Positions 9,864 through 19,050 of a stretch of DNA of 64,000 nucleotides are shown here, in pieces. A program made the translations under genes and the position numbers. The stretch is from Alphaproteobacteria bacterium (lineage in GTDB: Bacteria > Pseudomonadota > Alphaproteobacteria > UBA8366). The notes beneath the pieces were generated by a model that was given only the letters and a program-made list of their open reading frames with translations, was not told the origin of the DNA and did no database searches. The first letter of the stretch is position 1. The number at the start of each line of letters is the position of its first letter. Where the stretch lies: NCBI GenBank assembly GCA_028281325.1, contig JANQKC010000031.1, positions 25,223-89,222 of the forward strand. The letters are read 5' to 3'.

Positions 9864-10580
9864 ATGAGTGGTATCAAGGCGGTCATTCAAGCGGGTGGCC
9901 AAGGGACAAGGCTTTATCCTTATTCGACGGTATTGCCGAAGGCGTTGATGCCGATCGGGAAAGGAACCGTCGCCGACAAGCTGATCGATATGTTTCGCGT
10001 CGCCGGCGTCGAGGACGTCTACATCACGTTGAGCGACCAGAACAAGATCAGCAGCCTGATCAAGAGCTATTGCGGGGACGGCAGCCGCTACGGCGTCAAA
10101 ATCCATTACATCTCGGAATCCGAGCCGTTGGGGACGATCGGACCGCTGCGGTTGTTCGCGTCCGAGCTGGACACCAGTTTCATGGTGACGAACTCGGATG
10201 TCGCGGTCGATATGGATGTCAGCGAGTTCATCGGATTTCATCAGAAGTCGGACGCCTTGCTGACCGTCGCCGTCGCAAAGCAGACTGTTGCGATCGAGTA
10301 TGGCGTGATGGAAGCCGAAGACGGCCGGGTTCACGGGTTTCGCGAAAAACCGACGGAGGAATTCTGCGTCAGCACCGGCGTGTACTGCATGGAGCCTAGG
10401 ATTCTCGACTATGTTCCGGAAGGGCAGGCGTACGGGTTCGACAGGCTGATCGAGACCTTGCTCGAAAACAAGGAGCGGGTCATGGCGTTCGACCGCACCG
10501 AGAACTGGATCGACATCGGGCGTATCGAGGACTTGCGACGGGCTCAGGAACAAGCGGCCAAAGGGCTTCTGAAAGAGTAG
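9864..10580 (+). CDS. sugar-1-phosphate nucleotidyltransferase (NTP_transferase family)
   Basis: 238 aa. The N-terminal signature KAVIQAGGQGTRLYPYSTVLPKALMPI matches the G-x-G-T-R-L nucleotide-binding loop. Confidence 0.85.
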   Translation: MSGIKAVIQAGGQGTRLYPYSTVLPKALMPIGKGTVADKLIDMFRVAGVEDVYITLSDQNKISSLIKSYCGDGSRYGVKIHYISESEPLGTIGPLRLFASELDTSFMVTNSDVAVDMDVSEFIGFHQKSDALLTVAVAKQTVAIEYGVMEAEDGRVHGFREKPTEEFCVSTGVYCMEPRILDYVPEGQAYGFDRLIETLLENKERVMAFDRTENWIDIGRIEDLRRAQEQAAKGLLKE

Positions 10581-10592
10581 ATTGAGGTAGCT

Positions 10593-11729
10593 GTGGATAA
10601 GAACAGTATTGTCGAACTTGGGCCGCCCCGGTTGGGCCAGGCCGAGAAAGATGCGCTAAACGCCGTAATCGACAGCGGCTGGATCACGATGGGCGACCGC
10701 GTGCGCCAGTTCGAAACCGCGTTCGGCCAAATGCATCAGACGGATCAGGACCATGCCGTTGCGGTGAGTTCCGCGACGGCGGCGCTGCATCTCAGCCTGG
10801 TTGCCTTGGGCATCGGCGCGGGGGACGAAGTGCTCGTGCCGTCGATGACCTTCGTTGCGACGGCGAACACGGTCATGCATGCGGGGGCGGATCCGGTCTT
10901 CGTCGATATCGAATCGCCGATCCGGCCGCATATGTCGATCGCCGACGCGGAAGCGAAGGTCACCGACCGGACGCGCGCCGTCGTCATCATGCATTACGGC
11001 GGCTACATGATGGGTATCGCCGAATGGCGGCGTTTCGCCGACGAGCACGACCTGTTTCTGATCGAGGATGCGGCGCATGTCGCGGGCGTTCCGGCGGCCG
11101 GAAACGGCAGCGACGCCGCGGCTTTCAGCTTCTTCGGCAACAAGAACATGACAACCGCCGAGGGCGGGATGGTCCTGTTGCGCGATACCGGCGTGGCCGA
11201 CCGGGTTCGCAAGATGCGGACGCACGGCATGACCAGCGTAACCCTGGACCGGGTGCGCGGCCGGGCGGTGAGCTACGATGTTGTCGAGTGCGGCTACAAT
11301 TACCGGATCGACGAACTGCGGGCCGCCTTGGGATTGGTGCAACTCGAAGAGTTGCCCGGATGGAACGACAAGCGCGTGTCGATCATCGGTGAATACAGGA
11401 CGGCGCTCGGCGCTTCGGTCGACACGATGGTCGTGCCCTTCGATCGCGATCATGTTTCGTCGGGGCATATCATGCCGACGGTGCTGCCGGCCGATACCGA
11501 CCGGCTCGCCGTGATGGAGCATCTGAAATCGGAAGGTATCCAAAGCAGCATCCACTACCCGCCGGTTCATACCTTCAGTTACTTCGTCGAGCGGTTCGGC
11601 GAGATCAGACTGCCGAATACCGAGGAGTTCGGCGCACGACAGCTTACGCTGCCGCTGCATCCCGGCCTCGATTCCTACGATGTCACACGGGTCGTAACGG
11701 CTTTGCAGGGGGCCCTGGACAAGTCCTAG
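10593..11729 (+). CDS. DegT/DnrJ/EryC1/StrS-family PLP-dependent sugar aminotransferase
   Basis: 378 aa with a GTG start 12 nt after the upstream stop. Motifs: GWITMGDRVRQFETAF, AVSSATAALHLSL, and the PLP-lysine region FSFFGNKNMTTAEGGMVL. Confidence 0.9.
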   Translation: MDKNSIVELGPPRLGQAEKDALNAVIDSGWITMGDRVRQFETAFGQMHQTDQDHAVAVSSATAALHLSLVALGIGAGDEVLVPSMTFVATANTVMHAGADPVFVDIESPIRPHMSIADAEAKVTDRTRAVVIMHYGGYMMGIAEWRRFADEHDLFLIEDAAHVAGVPAAGNGSDAAAFSFFGNKNMTTAEGGMVLLRDTGVADRVRKMRTHGMTSVTLDRVRGRAVSYDVVECGYNYRIDELRAALGLVQLEELPGWNDKRVSIIGEYRTALGASVDTMVVPFDRDHVSSGHIMPTVLPADTDRLAVMEHLKSEGIQSSIHYPPVHTFSYFVERFGEIRLPNTEEFGARQLTLPLHPGLDSYDVTRVVTALQGALDKS

Positions 11730-11762
11730 CGATCCCTACCGGATAGGATACCCATCGAACCA

Positions 11763-11788
11763 AAGGGCGCCGGTCGGCGCCCTTTTTC
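11763..11788 (+). terminator. rho-independent terminator after the aminotransferase gene
   Basis: Stem AGGGCGCC (11764-11771), loop GGTC, stem GGCGCCCT (11776-11783), running into TTTTT. Confidence 0.7.
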
Positions 11789-11993
11789 GTGACGGCGGCC
11801 AGGGTCACAAAGAGTCATACGTTCGTTCTTGCATGCCGAGTGTGTTCGCTGCCGTTCACGATGGCGAGACGATCCGGCGGAGCCATCTCGGCCTTTCACC
11901 TACATCTGCGCGCCCCAAAAGAAACCGCCCCGCGCGACGGCGCAGGGCGGGTTCATGAGGCGATCCGGGGGCCATGCGATAGGAAGCTGTCCC

Positions 11994-13028
11994 TTATCCG
12001 GCGGCGACCTTGGCGATCGATTCCGGGATTTCGTAATTGCCGTACCGGTTGCCGGAACGGCTCGGCGTGAAGACGCCGTTCTGCACCGCGGTGATCAGGC
12101 TCGGCACGTATCGCTCGACGCTGTAGTCGCAGGTGAAGCCGATCTGCTCGGCGATCTTGTCGAAGGAGACGCGGTAGTTGCGGGGGTCCGTATCGCCGGA
12201 CACGTAGCTGACTTCCCGTTCGCCGAGATGCTTCAGCGCCTCGTCGACGATCATTCGCTTGGTAAATTGCTGACCCGTGTCGCCGACATTGAAGACTTCG
12301 CCGCTGACCTTGGCTTTGTCCTCGGTCAGGACGGTCATGATCGCCTTCGACAGGTCGCGGACATGGCAATACGGCCGCCAGGTGTCGGGGTCGTAGACGT
12401 CCAAGGAACCGCCGACCGCGAGTTCGCTCGCGAAATGCGAAACGGTGAGGTCGAAGCGCATACGCGGCGAGAAGCCATAGGCCGTCGCGAAGCGCAGGAT
12501 CGTCGGCGAATAGGGCAGCTTCGCCGCGTTCTCCAGAATGTATGTCTCGACCGCGATCTTGGTTTCCGCGTAGATCGATTGCGGATTCAGGTCCGATGTC
12601 TCGGTGGCCAGCGCGTCGCCTTCATGAATGCCGTAATTGCTGCATGTCGAAGCGAAGGTGAAGCGCTCGGTGCCTTTCTCGGCCATCGAATCGATCAAAT
12701 GCTGGGTCGCGTCCCGATTGATCTTCACAGCCAAATCCGGATAGCGCTTGCAGATGGGATCGCCGACCAGCGAGGCGAGCAGGATGACATCCGACATTCC
12801 GTCCAGGGCGCTGCTCATGACGCCGGCGTCGGAAAAATCGTCGTTGATGAACGAGAAATTCGGCTCGTCGAAATAGTGCTGAAGCGAGTACCCGTTGTCA
12901 TAAATCAGATGGTCAAGCACGCGGACCTTGGCGCCTGCCTGCATCAGCTTACCCACGAGGACCGAACCGATATAGCCTGCCCCGCCAATCACTAACACGT
13001 TGCGATTGTTGAATTTTTCTAGCTGCAC
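11994..13028 (-). CDS. NAD-dependent epimerase/dehydratase (extended SDR)
   Basis: 344 aa with a Rossmann motif VLVIGGAGYIGSVLV and the catalytic YxxxK in SIYAETKIAVE. Confidence 0.85.
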   Translation of the reverse strand: MQLEKFNNRNVLVIGGAGYIGSVLVGKLMQAGAKVRVLDHLIYDNGYSLQHYFDEPNFSFINDDFSDAGVMSSALDGMSDVILLASLVGDPICKRYPDLAVKINRDATQHLIDSMAEKGTERFTFASTCSNYGIHEGDALATETSDLNPQSIYAETKIAVETYILENAAKLPYSPTILRFATAYGFSPRMRFDLTVSHFASELAVGGSLDVYDPDTWRPYCHVRDLSKAIMTVLTEDKAKVSGEVFNVGDTGQQFTKRMIVDEALKHLGEREVSYVSGDTDPRNYRVSFDKIAEQIGFTCDYSVERYVPSLITAVQNGVFTPSRSGNRYGNYEIPESIAKVAAG

Positions 13029-13039
13029 GAGATCACCTT

Positions 13040-13225
13040 GAGATTAGAGAGTTGTGGCGTCGATACTTGTTCTATGAAGCACATGTTTAAGACCTGTGCT
13101 GAAATCATCAAGTATTCTTTCGGATTATTTGTTAATCATAATCTCTTTTTGGAATTTATTATTCTAACAATGAAATATGGCGACGAAATTACGGAAAATT
13201 TGTAGAATTAGACAAGTAAAATTCC
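13040..13225. promoter_or_regulatory. AT-rich intergenic region upstream of the epimerase gene (candidate internal promoter)
   Basis: About 185 bp that is visibly AT-rich (e.g. GGATTATTTGTTAATCATAATCTCTTTTTGGAATTTATTATTCTAACAATGAAATATGG). It lies between two co-directional minus-strand genes in an otherwise GC-rich context. Confidence 0.4.
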
Positions 13226-13370
13226 GTGGCTGGTTTTCGTCTCCGCACGGCCGAATCGGCCGTTGGCTTCGTTAGGATCCGGGTGCCACTTTTCATTCAA
13301 TCGCGGTTGCGTCTCCAACATGCGGTTTTGCGCCGGCGGGAGAACCGATCCCGGAGTCCGGGGCCGACCC

Positions 13371-14558
13371 TCAGGCAATCGCCGGGGCGCTGGCCGGCGC
13401 CACTTCCTCGATGGCGTCCCGGTAGATTCCCGTCAGGATGTCGAGATTCTGTTTCGGCGAGAACCGCGTTTCGTAGACATGCCGCGCGTTTCGGCCGAAT
13501 TCCCGCATCTTGTCGGGGTTTTCCGATGCCCATTCGATCTTGGCTCTCAGGTCGTTTGCGTCGCCGGGGGCGAAGTGCAGGCCGGTTACGCCGTCCTCGA
13601 TGATCTCCCGCATCCCGCCGTGGCGCGACGCGATGATCGGAATGCCCATTGAGAAGGCTTCCGGGATCACCATGGGAAACCCTTCGTAGACGATCGACGG
13701 CAGCACCAGGAACGACGCCGTTTCCTGCATCTTCCGCATATCCGCGTCGTCGACGTACCCATGCACATGTAGATTGTCCGGGGCCGCGGCCTTGACGGCG
13801 TCAAGCTTCGGGCCGGCGCCGATCAGGTCGATCGGCACACTGCAGTTCTGGGCCGCCTCGACGAGGATATCGATGCCCTTTTCGTGACTGAGTCGGCCGA
13901 CGAACAGACCACGGTTTCGATCCGGGTTGGATGCCGCGGTCGCCCCGGAGTCGGGGCAAAAATTCGGTTTGACGACCATGCGTTTGGCGGGATAGCCGGC
14001 CGAAATCAACTTGTTGCGCTGGAACTCGGTCAGCGTGATGTAGCGTGTCACCTTATGCTGCCAGGTCCCGAGCAGGTCATGGATCGACAGCATGCTGGCC
14101 ACCGTTGCGCTGGCGAGGCGGCTGTTGCGGTAGCAGCCGTGCATGACGCCTGGCCATTTTATGCGCTTTTCGACGCATTTCTCGCAGATGGCACCATCGC
14201 GCATCAACATACCGTCCACGCAGACCATGCGGAAGTTATGCAAGGTCTGGACGATAGGAACATGTTCCGCATGCGCGGCGTGGAATATCGCGGGCGATAT
14301 CCGGGGCACGTAATTGTGGACGTGAACGACGTCGGGTCTGGTGTTCCGAAACTCCCGGCGCAGTTCTTTATAGGATTGATGCGCCCAAACCGCGTCCACG
14401 GCAACGCGGATCGAGCCGTGTTGCTTAATGGAATCGTTGGATTTCGTGTACTCCAGGACCTCATGGCCGCTTTCGCGCAGGAGGTTGCCTTCGGCGAGGA
14501 AGACGGAGTCTTCACCGCCTTTGTGCTGGTATGTGTTATGGGCCAGAAGTATGCGCAT
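13371..14558 (-). CDS. GT4-family glycosyltransferase
   Basis: 395 aa. The N-terminus is MRILLAHNTYQHKGGEDSVF. The C-terminal E-x7-E region is EGFPMVIPEAFSMGIPIIASRHGGMREII. Confidence 0.85.
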   Translation of the reverse strand: MRILLAHNTYQHKGGEDSVFLAEGNLLRESGHEVLEYTKSNDSIKQHGSIRVAVDAVWAHQSYKELRREFRNTRPDVVHVHNYVPRISPAIFHAAHAEHVPIVQTLHNFRMVCVDGMLMRDGAICEKCVEKRIKWPGVMHGCYRNSRLASATVASMLSIHDLLGTWQHKVTRYITLTEFQRNKLISAGYPAKRMVVKPNFCPDSGATAASNPDRNRGLFVGRLSHEKGIDILVEAAQNCSVPIDLIGAGPKLDAVKAAAPDNLHVHGYVDDADMRKMQETASFLVLPSIVYEGFPMVIPEAFSMGIPIIASRHGGMREIIEDGVTGLHFAPGDANDLRAKIEWASENPDKMREFGRNARHVYETRFSPKQNLDILTGIYRDAIEEVAPASAPAIA

Positions 14559-14947
14559 AGGGATTTTGACTTTTCTGTACTAAGGGTAACTTTAGGTTGT
14601 TTTTCTTATTGAACGTGAATTTTTATTCGAATTTCGTCGGTAGGGCGTTCTCAGTTAGACCGATAACGGTTACAGGATCGTGGCATTATCTCCATCAGTC
14701 TATGCGCTTCGTCCGGCATTTACTATCCATCGAATCAACATGCCGTGATCCGCAATCCGATTTCTTTCCCGAGGAACGATATACGGTCTTGTATCGATGA
14801 GCATTACTTTCACAAGTTCTAGTTGATGGGATATAGGCTTAACCCCAAAGGATGAGGCGCGCTTCGTAAGAATTCAATTACGATGGCCTCGGCCGAACGG
14901 GGCCGGGAAACTGACGCGCGTTTTGAACTGGTGAGGACTCGGGACGG

Positions 14948-15739
14948 ATGAGCTTGAAACGCTCAATTCAAATGGCTATTCGCCAAGTACATAAGCTTGC
15001 CGCCTATCGTGAAGTTCCTGAAAAATTAGGCTTATACTTTCATGAACTTGAGGAATCACAGTATTCGATCTTTGAAGACTGTATGCGGTATTGGATAGAT
15101 CAAGGATACGATTTCGTAAATGCCGACGAATTTGTTGAACGTGACGATGGAAAGACTTTATTTATTTCCTTCGACGATAATTTCAAAAGTTGGCATACGG
15201 CGCTGCCGCTGTTCAAGTCGTTGGGGGCGAAGGTCACGTTTTACACCAATACGCTGCCGATTCGCGGCAAGGCCGATGCGCAAGCCATCAACGGGTTCTT
15301 CGATCGGATCCGCCATACCGGGGAGCGTGTGACGCTGTCCGAGGATGAAATCCGCGAAATCGCAGCGGCGGGCCACACCATCGGCTGCCACAGCCACGCC
15401 CATTTCGACTTGGGCGCAATTCCGGAAGAAGAGGCGAAATCCGAAATCATGATTTCGAAGGACATCCTGGAAGATATCGTTCAACAGCCGGTCACCGACT
15501 TTTCCTATCCCTTCGGCATGCGGCGGAATTTCACCGAGAAGCTGCGGGATTTTTGCCTGGCGAACGGATTCCGGACCGTTTGCAATGCCATACCGGGCCG
15601 GCTTCACGAAGCGCCTACGGCGCGGTGCATCAACCGATCACCGTGGGACTTGGGTCAGACCCTGCATTACAACATTGAGAATATACGGATCGACGGGCGG
15701 GTGTTCGAAGAGATGACGGGACGGAGCGCCGTCGTTTGA
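14948..15739 (+). CDS. polysaccharide deacetylase (NodB homology / CE4)
   Basis: 263 aa with NodB motifs LFISFDDNFKSWH (the D-D metal/catalytic motif) and IGCHSHAHFDL (H-x-x-x-H). Confidence 0.85.
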   Translation: MSLKRSIQMAIRQVHKLAAYREVPEKLGLYFHELEESQYSIFEDCMRYWIDQGYDFVNADEFVERDDGKTLFISFDDNFKSWHTALPLFKSLGAKVTFYTNTLPIRGKADAQAINGFFDRIRHTGERVTLSEDEIREIAAAGHTIGCHSHAHFDLGAIPEEEAKSEIMISKDILEDIVQQPVTDFSYPFGMRRNFTEKLRDFCLANGFRTVCNAIPGRLHEAPTARCINRSPWDLGQTLHYNIENIRIDGRVFEEMTGRSAVV

Positions 15740-15912
15740 TCGCTCGGATTACCGGCGTTCCGGCGTCATCACGAAGTTGAACGAATGATCAAGTTTTGCG
15801 ATAGCTTTCCGACGGAGCGGATCGGTCTCGAACCCTATCGAGTTTTGCGGTCGGCACGTCGACGCGACCATCAGGGCCTTGCTGGGCCGCAGCCTTTGGG
15901 AACGGAGCGATA

Positions 15913-17259
15913 ATGTCAGTCTCTCGGCTCTATCTGATTGCGGCGGGGATGCTCCTGATCGGCTATGCCGTGTTCAACAAGGGCTTTGCCTATGTCGGCG
16001 TGGCGCCGATCTTCATCAGCGAAGTTTTCCTGGCGTTCAGCTTTTTCCTTATCCTGGCCGGGAGCTACAGCAGCCGCGTTTTCGGGTCGCCGTTGGTCTG
16101 GATCATCATCCTCTTCATTTCGTGGGGGGCGATACGGACGTTTCCGTACATCCAGGAATACGGCATGAACGCTCTGCGGGATGCGGTGGTTTGGGGCTAC
16201 GCCTTCTATGCCATTTTCATCGCGGCGGCGCTCCTGCAGGGGCGGTTGGTCGGTCAGGTGCCGAGATGGTTTTCGACCTGGTTCCCGTGGTTCCTCGTTA
16301 TCGCGCCCATCCTCTATATGATGGGGCAGTTGATTGGGGACCGGCTTCCGAAATGGCCGGGAACCGAAACGTCGTTCATCCACATGAAGCCTGGCGACAT
16401 GGCGGTTCATCTTGCCGGGGTCGCGGGCTTTCTCGGGCTTGGGCTGCATCGGCGGTTTCTCCGGCCGGGCGAGCGGATCTCGCAGGTGAAAGAGTTCAGC
16501 CTTTGGATGATCTGGGGCATCGGGGTAATCGCGGCCGGATCGCGGAACCGCGGCGGGATGCTCTCGGTTTTTCTGGCCTGCAGCATCGTCTTGTTGTTCA
16601 AGCCGATGGGCCGCTTGAACCGCGTCATTCTGCCGGCGTTGATCGTCGTCTTCATTGGATTGGCATTCGATATCAGGATTCCCGTCGGCGGGGACCGATA
16701 TTTCTCGGTCCAGCAGATTCTCGACAACATCGAGAGCGTCGTCTCGAAATCGGATAAGACGCAGCTTACCGGCACCGCGTCATGGCGTCTTGAATGGTGG
16801 TCGAAGATTTACCAGGAAACGGTGCATGGCGAATATTTCTGGGACGGGCGCGGATACGGCGTCGACCTATCCAAGGTGCACAACTTCGCCGATTCGACCA
16901 GAAACCGAAGTCCGCATAACGGCCATTTGACGATTTTGTCGCGTTCGGGCATGCCAGGGCTGGTGCTCTGGGTGGTCTTCCTCGGTCTTGTCGGTATCTT
17001 GCTGCTGCAAGGGTATTTCCGAATGCGATCGTTGGGTCAGTATGACTTGGCGGATATCAACGTATGGTGCTTGGTGTATATGTCGGCCTTCATGGTGAAC
17101 TCGTCCTTCGACGTCTACCTGGAAGGCCCGCAAGGCGGGATTTGGTTCTGGGCGTTGATGGGCTTCGTCATCGCGTTGACCGAAGAGCAGCGGTTGCTGT
17201 ATGCGCAGTCGATGGCGTCGCTGCGATCCGAACCCCGTACGTCGCCCGGCCGCTTGTAG
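15913..17259 (+). CDS. O-antigen ligase/polymerase family membrane protein (Wzy_C domain; likely the Wzy polymerase of the locus)
   Basis: 448 aa and polytopic. It has a periplasmic loop and the conserved SPHNGHLTILSRSGMPGLVLWVVF segment typical of the O-antigen ligase/Wzy_C family. Confidence 0.75.
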   Translation: MSVSRLYLIAAGMLLIGYAVFNKGFAYVGVAPIFISEVFLAFSFFLILAGSYSSRVFGSPLVWIIILFISWGAIRTFPYIQEYGMNALRDAVVWGYAFYAIFIAAALLQGRLVGQVPRWFSTWFPWFLVIAPILYMMGQLIGDRLPKWPGTETSFIHMKPGDMAVHLAGVAGFLGLGLHRRFLRPGERISQVKEFSLWMIWGIGVIAAGSRNRGGMLSVFLACSIVLLFKPMGRLNRVILPALIVVFIGLAFDIRIPVGGDRYFSVQQILDNIESVVSKSDKTQLTGTASWRLEWWSKIYQETVHGEYFWDGRGYGVDLSKVHNFADSTRNRSPHNGHLTILSRSGMPGLVLWVVFLGLVGILLLQGYFRMRSLGQYDLADINVWCLVYMSAFMVNSSFDVYLEGPQGGIWFWALMGFVIALTEEQRLLYAQSMASLRSEPRTSPGRL

Positions 17260-17339
17260 ATATCGTCCGGCGGACCGCTCGCGCTGCCGGGCGCGTCGCT
17301 TTCGCCGGGACTGCCGAAGCGCATTCAGCCCCTGGGCAT

Positions 17340-17362
17340 AAAGGGCGCACGCGGCGCCCTTT
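17340..17362. terminator. hairpin between convergent genes (possible bidirectional terminator)
   Basis: 9-bp stem AAAGGGCGC (17340-17348) / GCGCCCTTT (17354-17362) with a 5-nt loop. The A/T runs are part of the stem and there is no extended U-tract. Confidence 0.5.
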
Positions 17363-17465
17363 ACACGGTTCAATCCCTGAAAGTTGATTTGCTGGGCCCC
17401 TTAGCAGGCCCATGAGGGGCCGTCGGGAAACGGCTGCGTGGCGGCGGTCTGCCGGGCCTGCCGGC

Positions 17466-18308
17466 CTATTTCCGCGGCGTCATATGCGCCCACAAATGCC
17501 AGCCCATCAGCCCGGCGCCCGGCAGGGAATTCACCGATAACGGCGGCGCGTGCATGTGTTCCTTGTGTACGCGTTTCATTTCGAACAACGGGAAATCCGC
17601 TTCGATTTCCTTCGCCGTATAGACCTTGCTGTACGGGTTGAGCGGGCCGTCGGTGTTGCGATGGATGAAATTCTTCATCTTGATGTATTCGAGCAGTCCG
17701 GTCTCTTTGGCGAGTTCGTAATGCTCGTCGTAGATCTTGCCGAGGCTGATGCCGGTCGCATACAGGAATATCAGGCCGAGCCGCCGCAGCACGCTGATCG
17801 ACAGCAGGTAGTTCAGCGAGACCTTCGCATACATCATGATGACGAGTTCGCCGTCCGGCTTCAGGATGCGGGCGATTTCCTTCTGCGCCTGATGGATGTT
17901 CGGGACATGGTGCAGCACCCCATGCGAGAACACGACATCGAAGGAATTGTCTTCGTACGGGGCGTCGAGGATGCTGCCGCATTTCAGTTCGTCATAATCC
18001 AATTCGCGAATCTGCATGCGCGTTTGCAGTCGGGAGATGGATTCGGGGGTGAGATCCAGGCCGCTCCAGCGTCCGCCACGGCGGATGATCTGTTCGCTGT
18101 CGGCGCCTTCGCCCAATCCGATCTCGAGGACGCGCTTGTCCTTGAAATCGACCTCGTCCAGACACCGCAGAATATGGCTCTCGGTCCGGTACCGGAACGC
18201 ATCGTATTTATTGAAGAAATCTTCGTAGTCATCCTTGAGGCCGCCGACTTGGTGGTCGCCGCAAGGATGCGTGTTCCAAAAATCTCTAATTACCGTTTCG
18301 TTCATCAT
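17466..18308 (-). CDS. class I SAM-dependent methyltransferase
   Basis: 280 aa with motif I VLEIGLGEGADSEQIIRRGGRWSGLDL, plus FDVVFSHGVLHHVPN and LKPDGELVIM. Confidence 0.85.
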   Translation of the reverse strand: MMNETVIRDFWNTHPCGDHQVGGLKDDYEDFFNKYDAFRYRTESHILRCLDEVDFKDKRVLEIGLGEGADSEQIIRRGGRWSGLDLTPESISRLQTRMQIRELDYDELKCGSILDAPYEDNSFDVVFSHGVLHHVPNIHQAQKEIARILKPDGELVIMMYAKVSLNYLLSISVLRRLGLIFLYATGISLGKIYDEHYELAKETGLLEYIKMKNFIHRNTDGPLNPYSKVYTAKEIEADFPLFEMKRVHKEHMHAPPLSVNSLPGAGLMGWHLWAHMTPRK

Positions 18309-18770
18309 GGGTCACCGACAACATCGCGTTGTTTTTGCAACGTAAAAACTAAGAGCCGCCCTTTATTCGAATAGGATCATGCGTTGCAAAGTGGCAAGTG
18401 CCTATAGTCCGATCGCCGTACTCACATAGAGTTAACGCCCACCGGCCTTTGAGGGGTGTTTTCCGCTCCGATTCGACGTGGGGATACAGTTTGGAAAACG
18501 GTGCCGAACTGCCAATGCGCGAACGCTCCAACTTTCATGTTTCAGTCCGACTCTCGCGGACATTTCGAGTTACTTGGCCCCCGACGTGAAGCATATGTTG
18601 GGTGCCAAGTGCGAAAATGCATCCCGGTGTCGTCCGAGACTTTCGAACGCCCTCTCGGACGACTCACGGCAGGTTGAGTCGTGCGTTTGGCATGCGTACC
18701 CCGGTAAGATAGTTAAGCATGTCATTGGAAACAATGCGATTTGTCGATTCAAATTAGCTCATAGATCGAC

Positions 18771-18897
18771 ATGATATTATTAAATGTTATTATAATTTAA
18801 TTTATATAAATTTACATATATTACAAATTAAATAAATTTATATTTCTATTATATAAAGTTTTATTTTATTTTATTTCAGGTGATTTCAAAATTGTAA
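18771..18897. promoter_or_regulatory. extreme AT-rich island in a divergent promoter region
   Basis: About 125 bp made almost entirely of A/T, in a GC-rich genome. It contains the perfect 14-bp palindrome AATTTATATAAATT (18799-18812) and a (TTTTA)3 run at about 18859-18876. It lies about 150 bp upstream of the beta-helix gene start (19051). Confidence 0.6.
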
Positions 18898-19050
18898 CGC
18901 CGTTACTTCAGCTTCCTCACTTTACTACGAATGCTCTTCCCAAATACCCCCAAAGGGGTGTGCTGTTTGCTCCGAATTGACCGAAAATCACTCTGGATCG
19001 CGCTGCCGACATGAATTCGTCGGCGGCGCATCTGCATAGAGTCCCACAGT

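Noticed and set aside
9708-12995. Antisense ORFs 9708-10553, 10656-11660 and 11829-12995 (281-388 aa).
   Set aside because: Each lies opposite a gene with strong family signatures (nucleotidyltransferase, DegT, SDR epimerase), and none has a motif of its own.
18771-18897. Considered whether the AT-rich repeat-like stretch could be a CRISPR array, a mobile-element end or an origin-like element.
   Set aside because: It has no regularly spaced direct repeats with unique spacers. It has no flanking transposase, integrase or target-site duplication, and no DnaA-box-like clusters. It is best treated as a regulatory or structural AT island.
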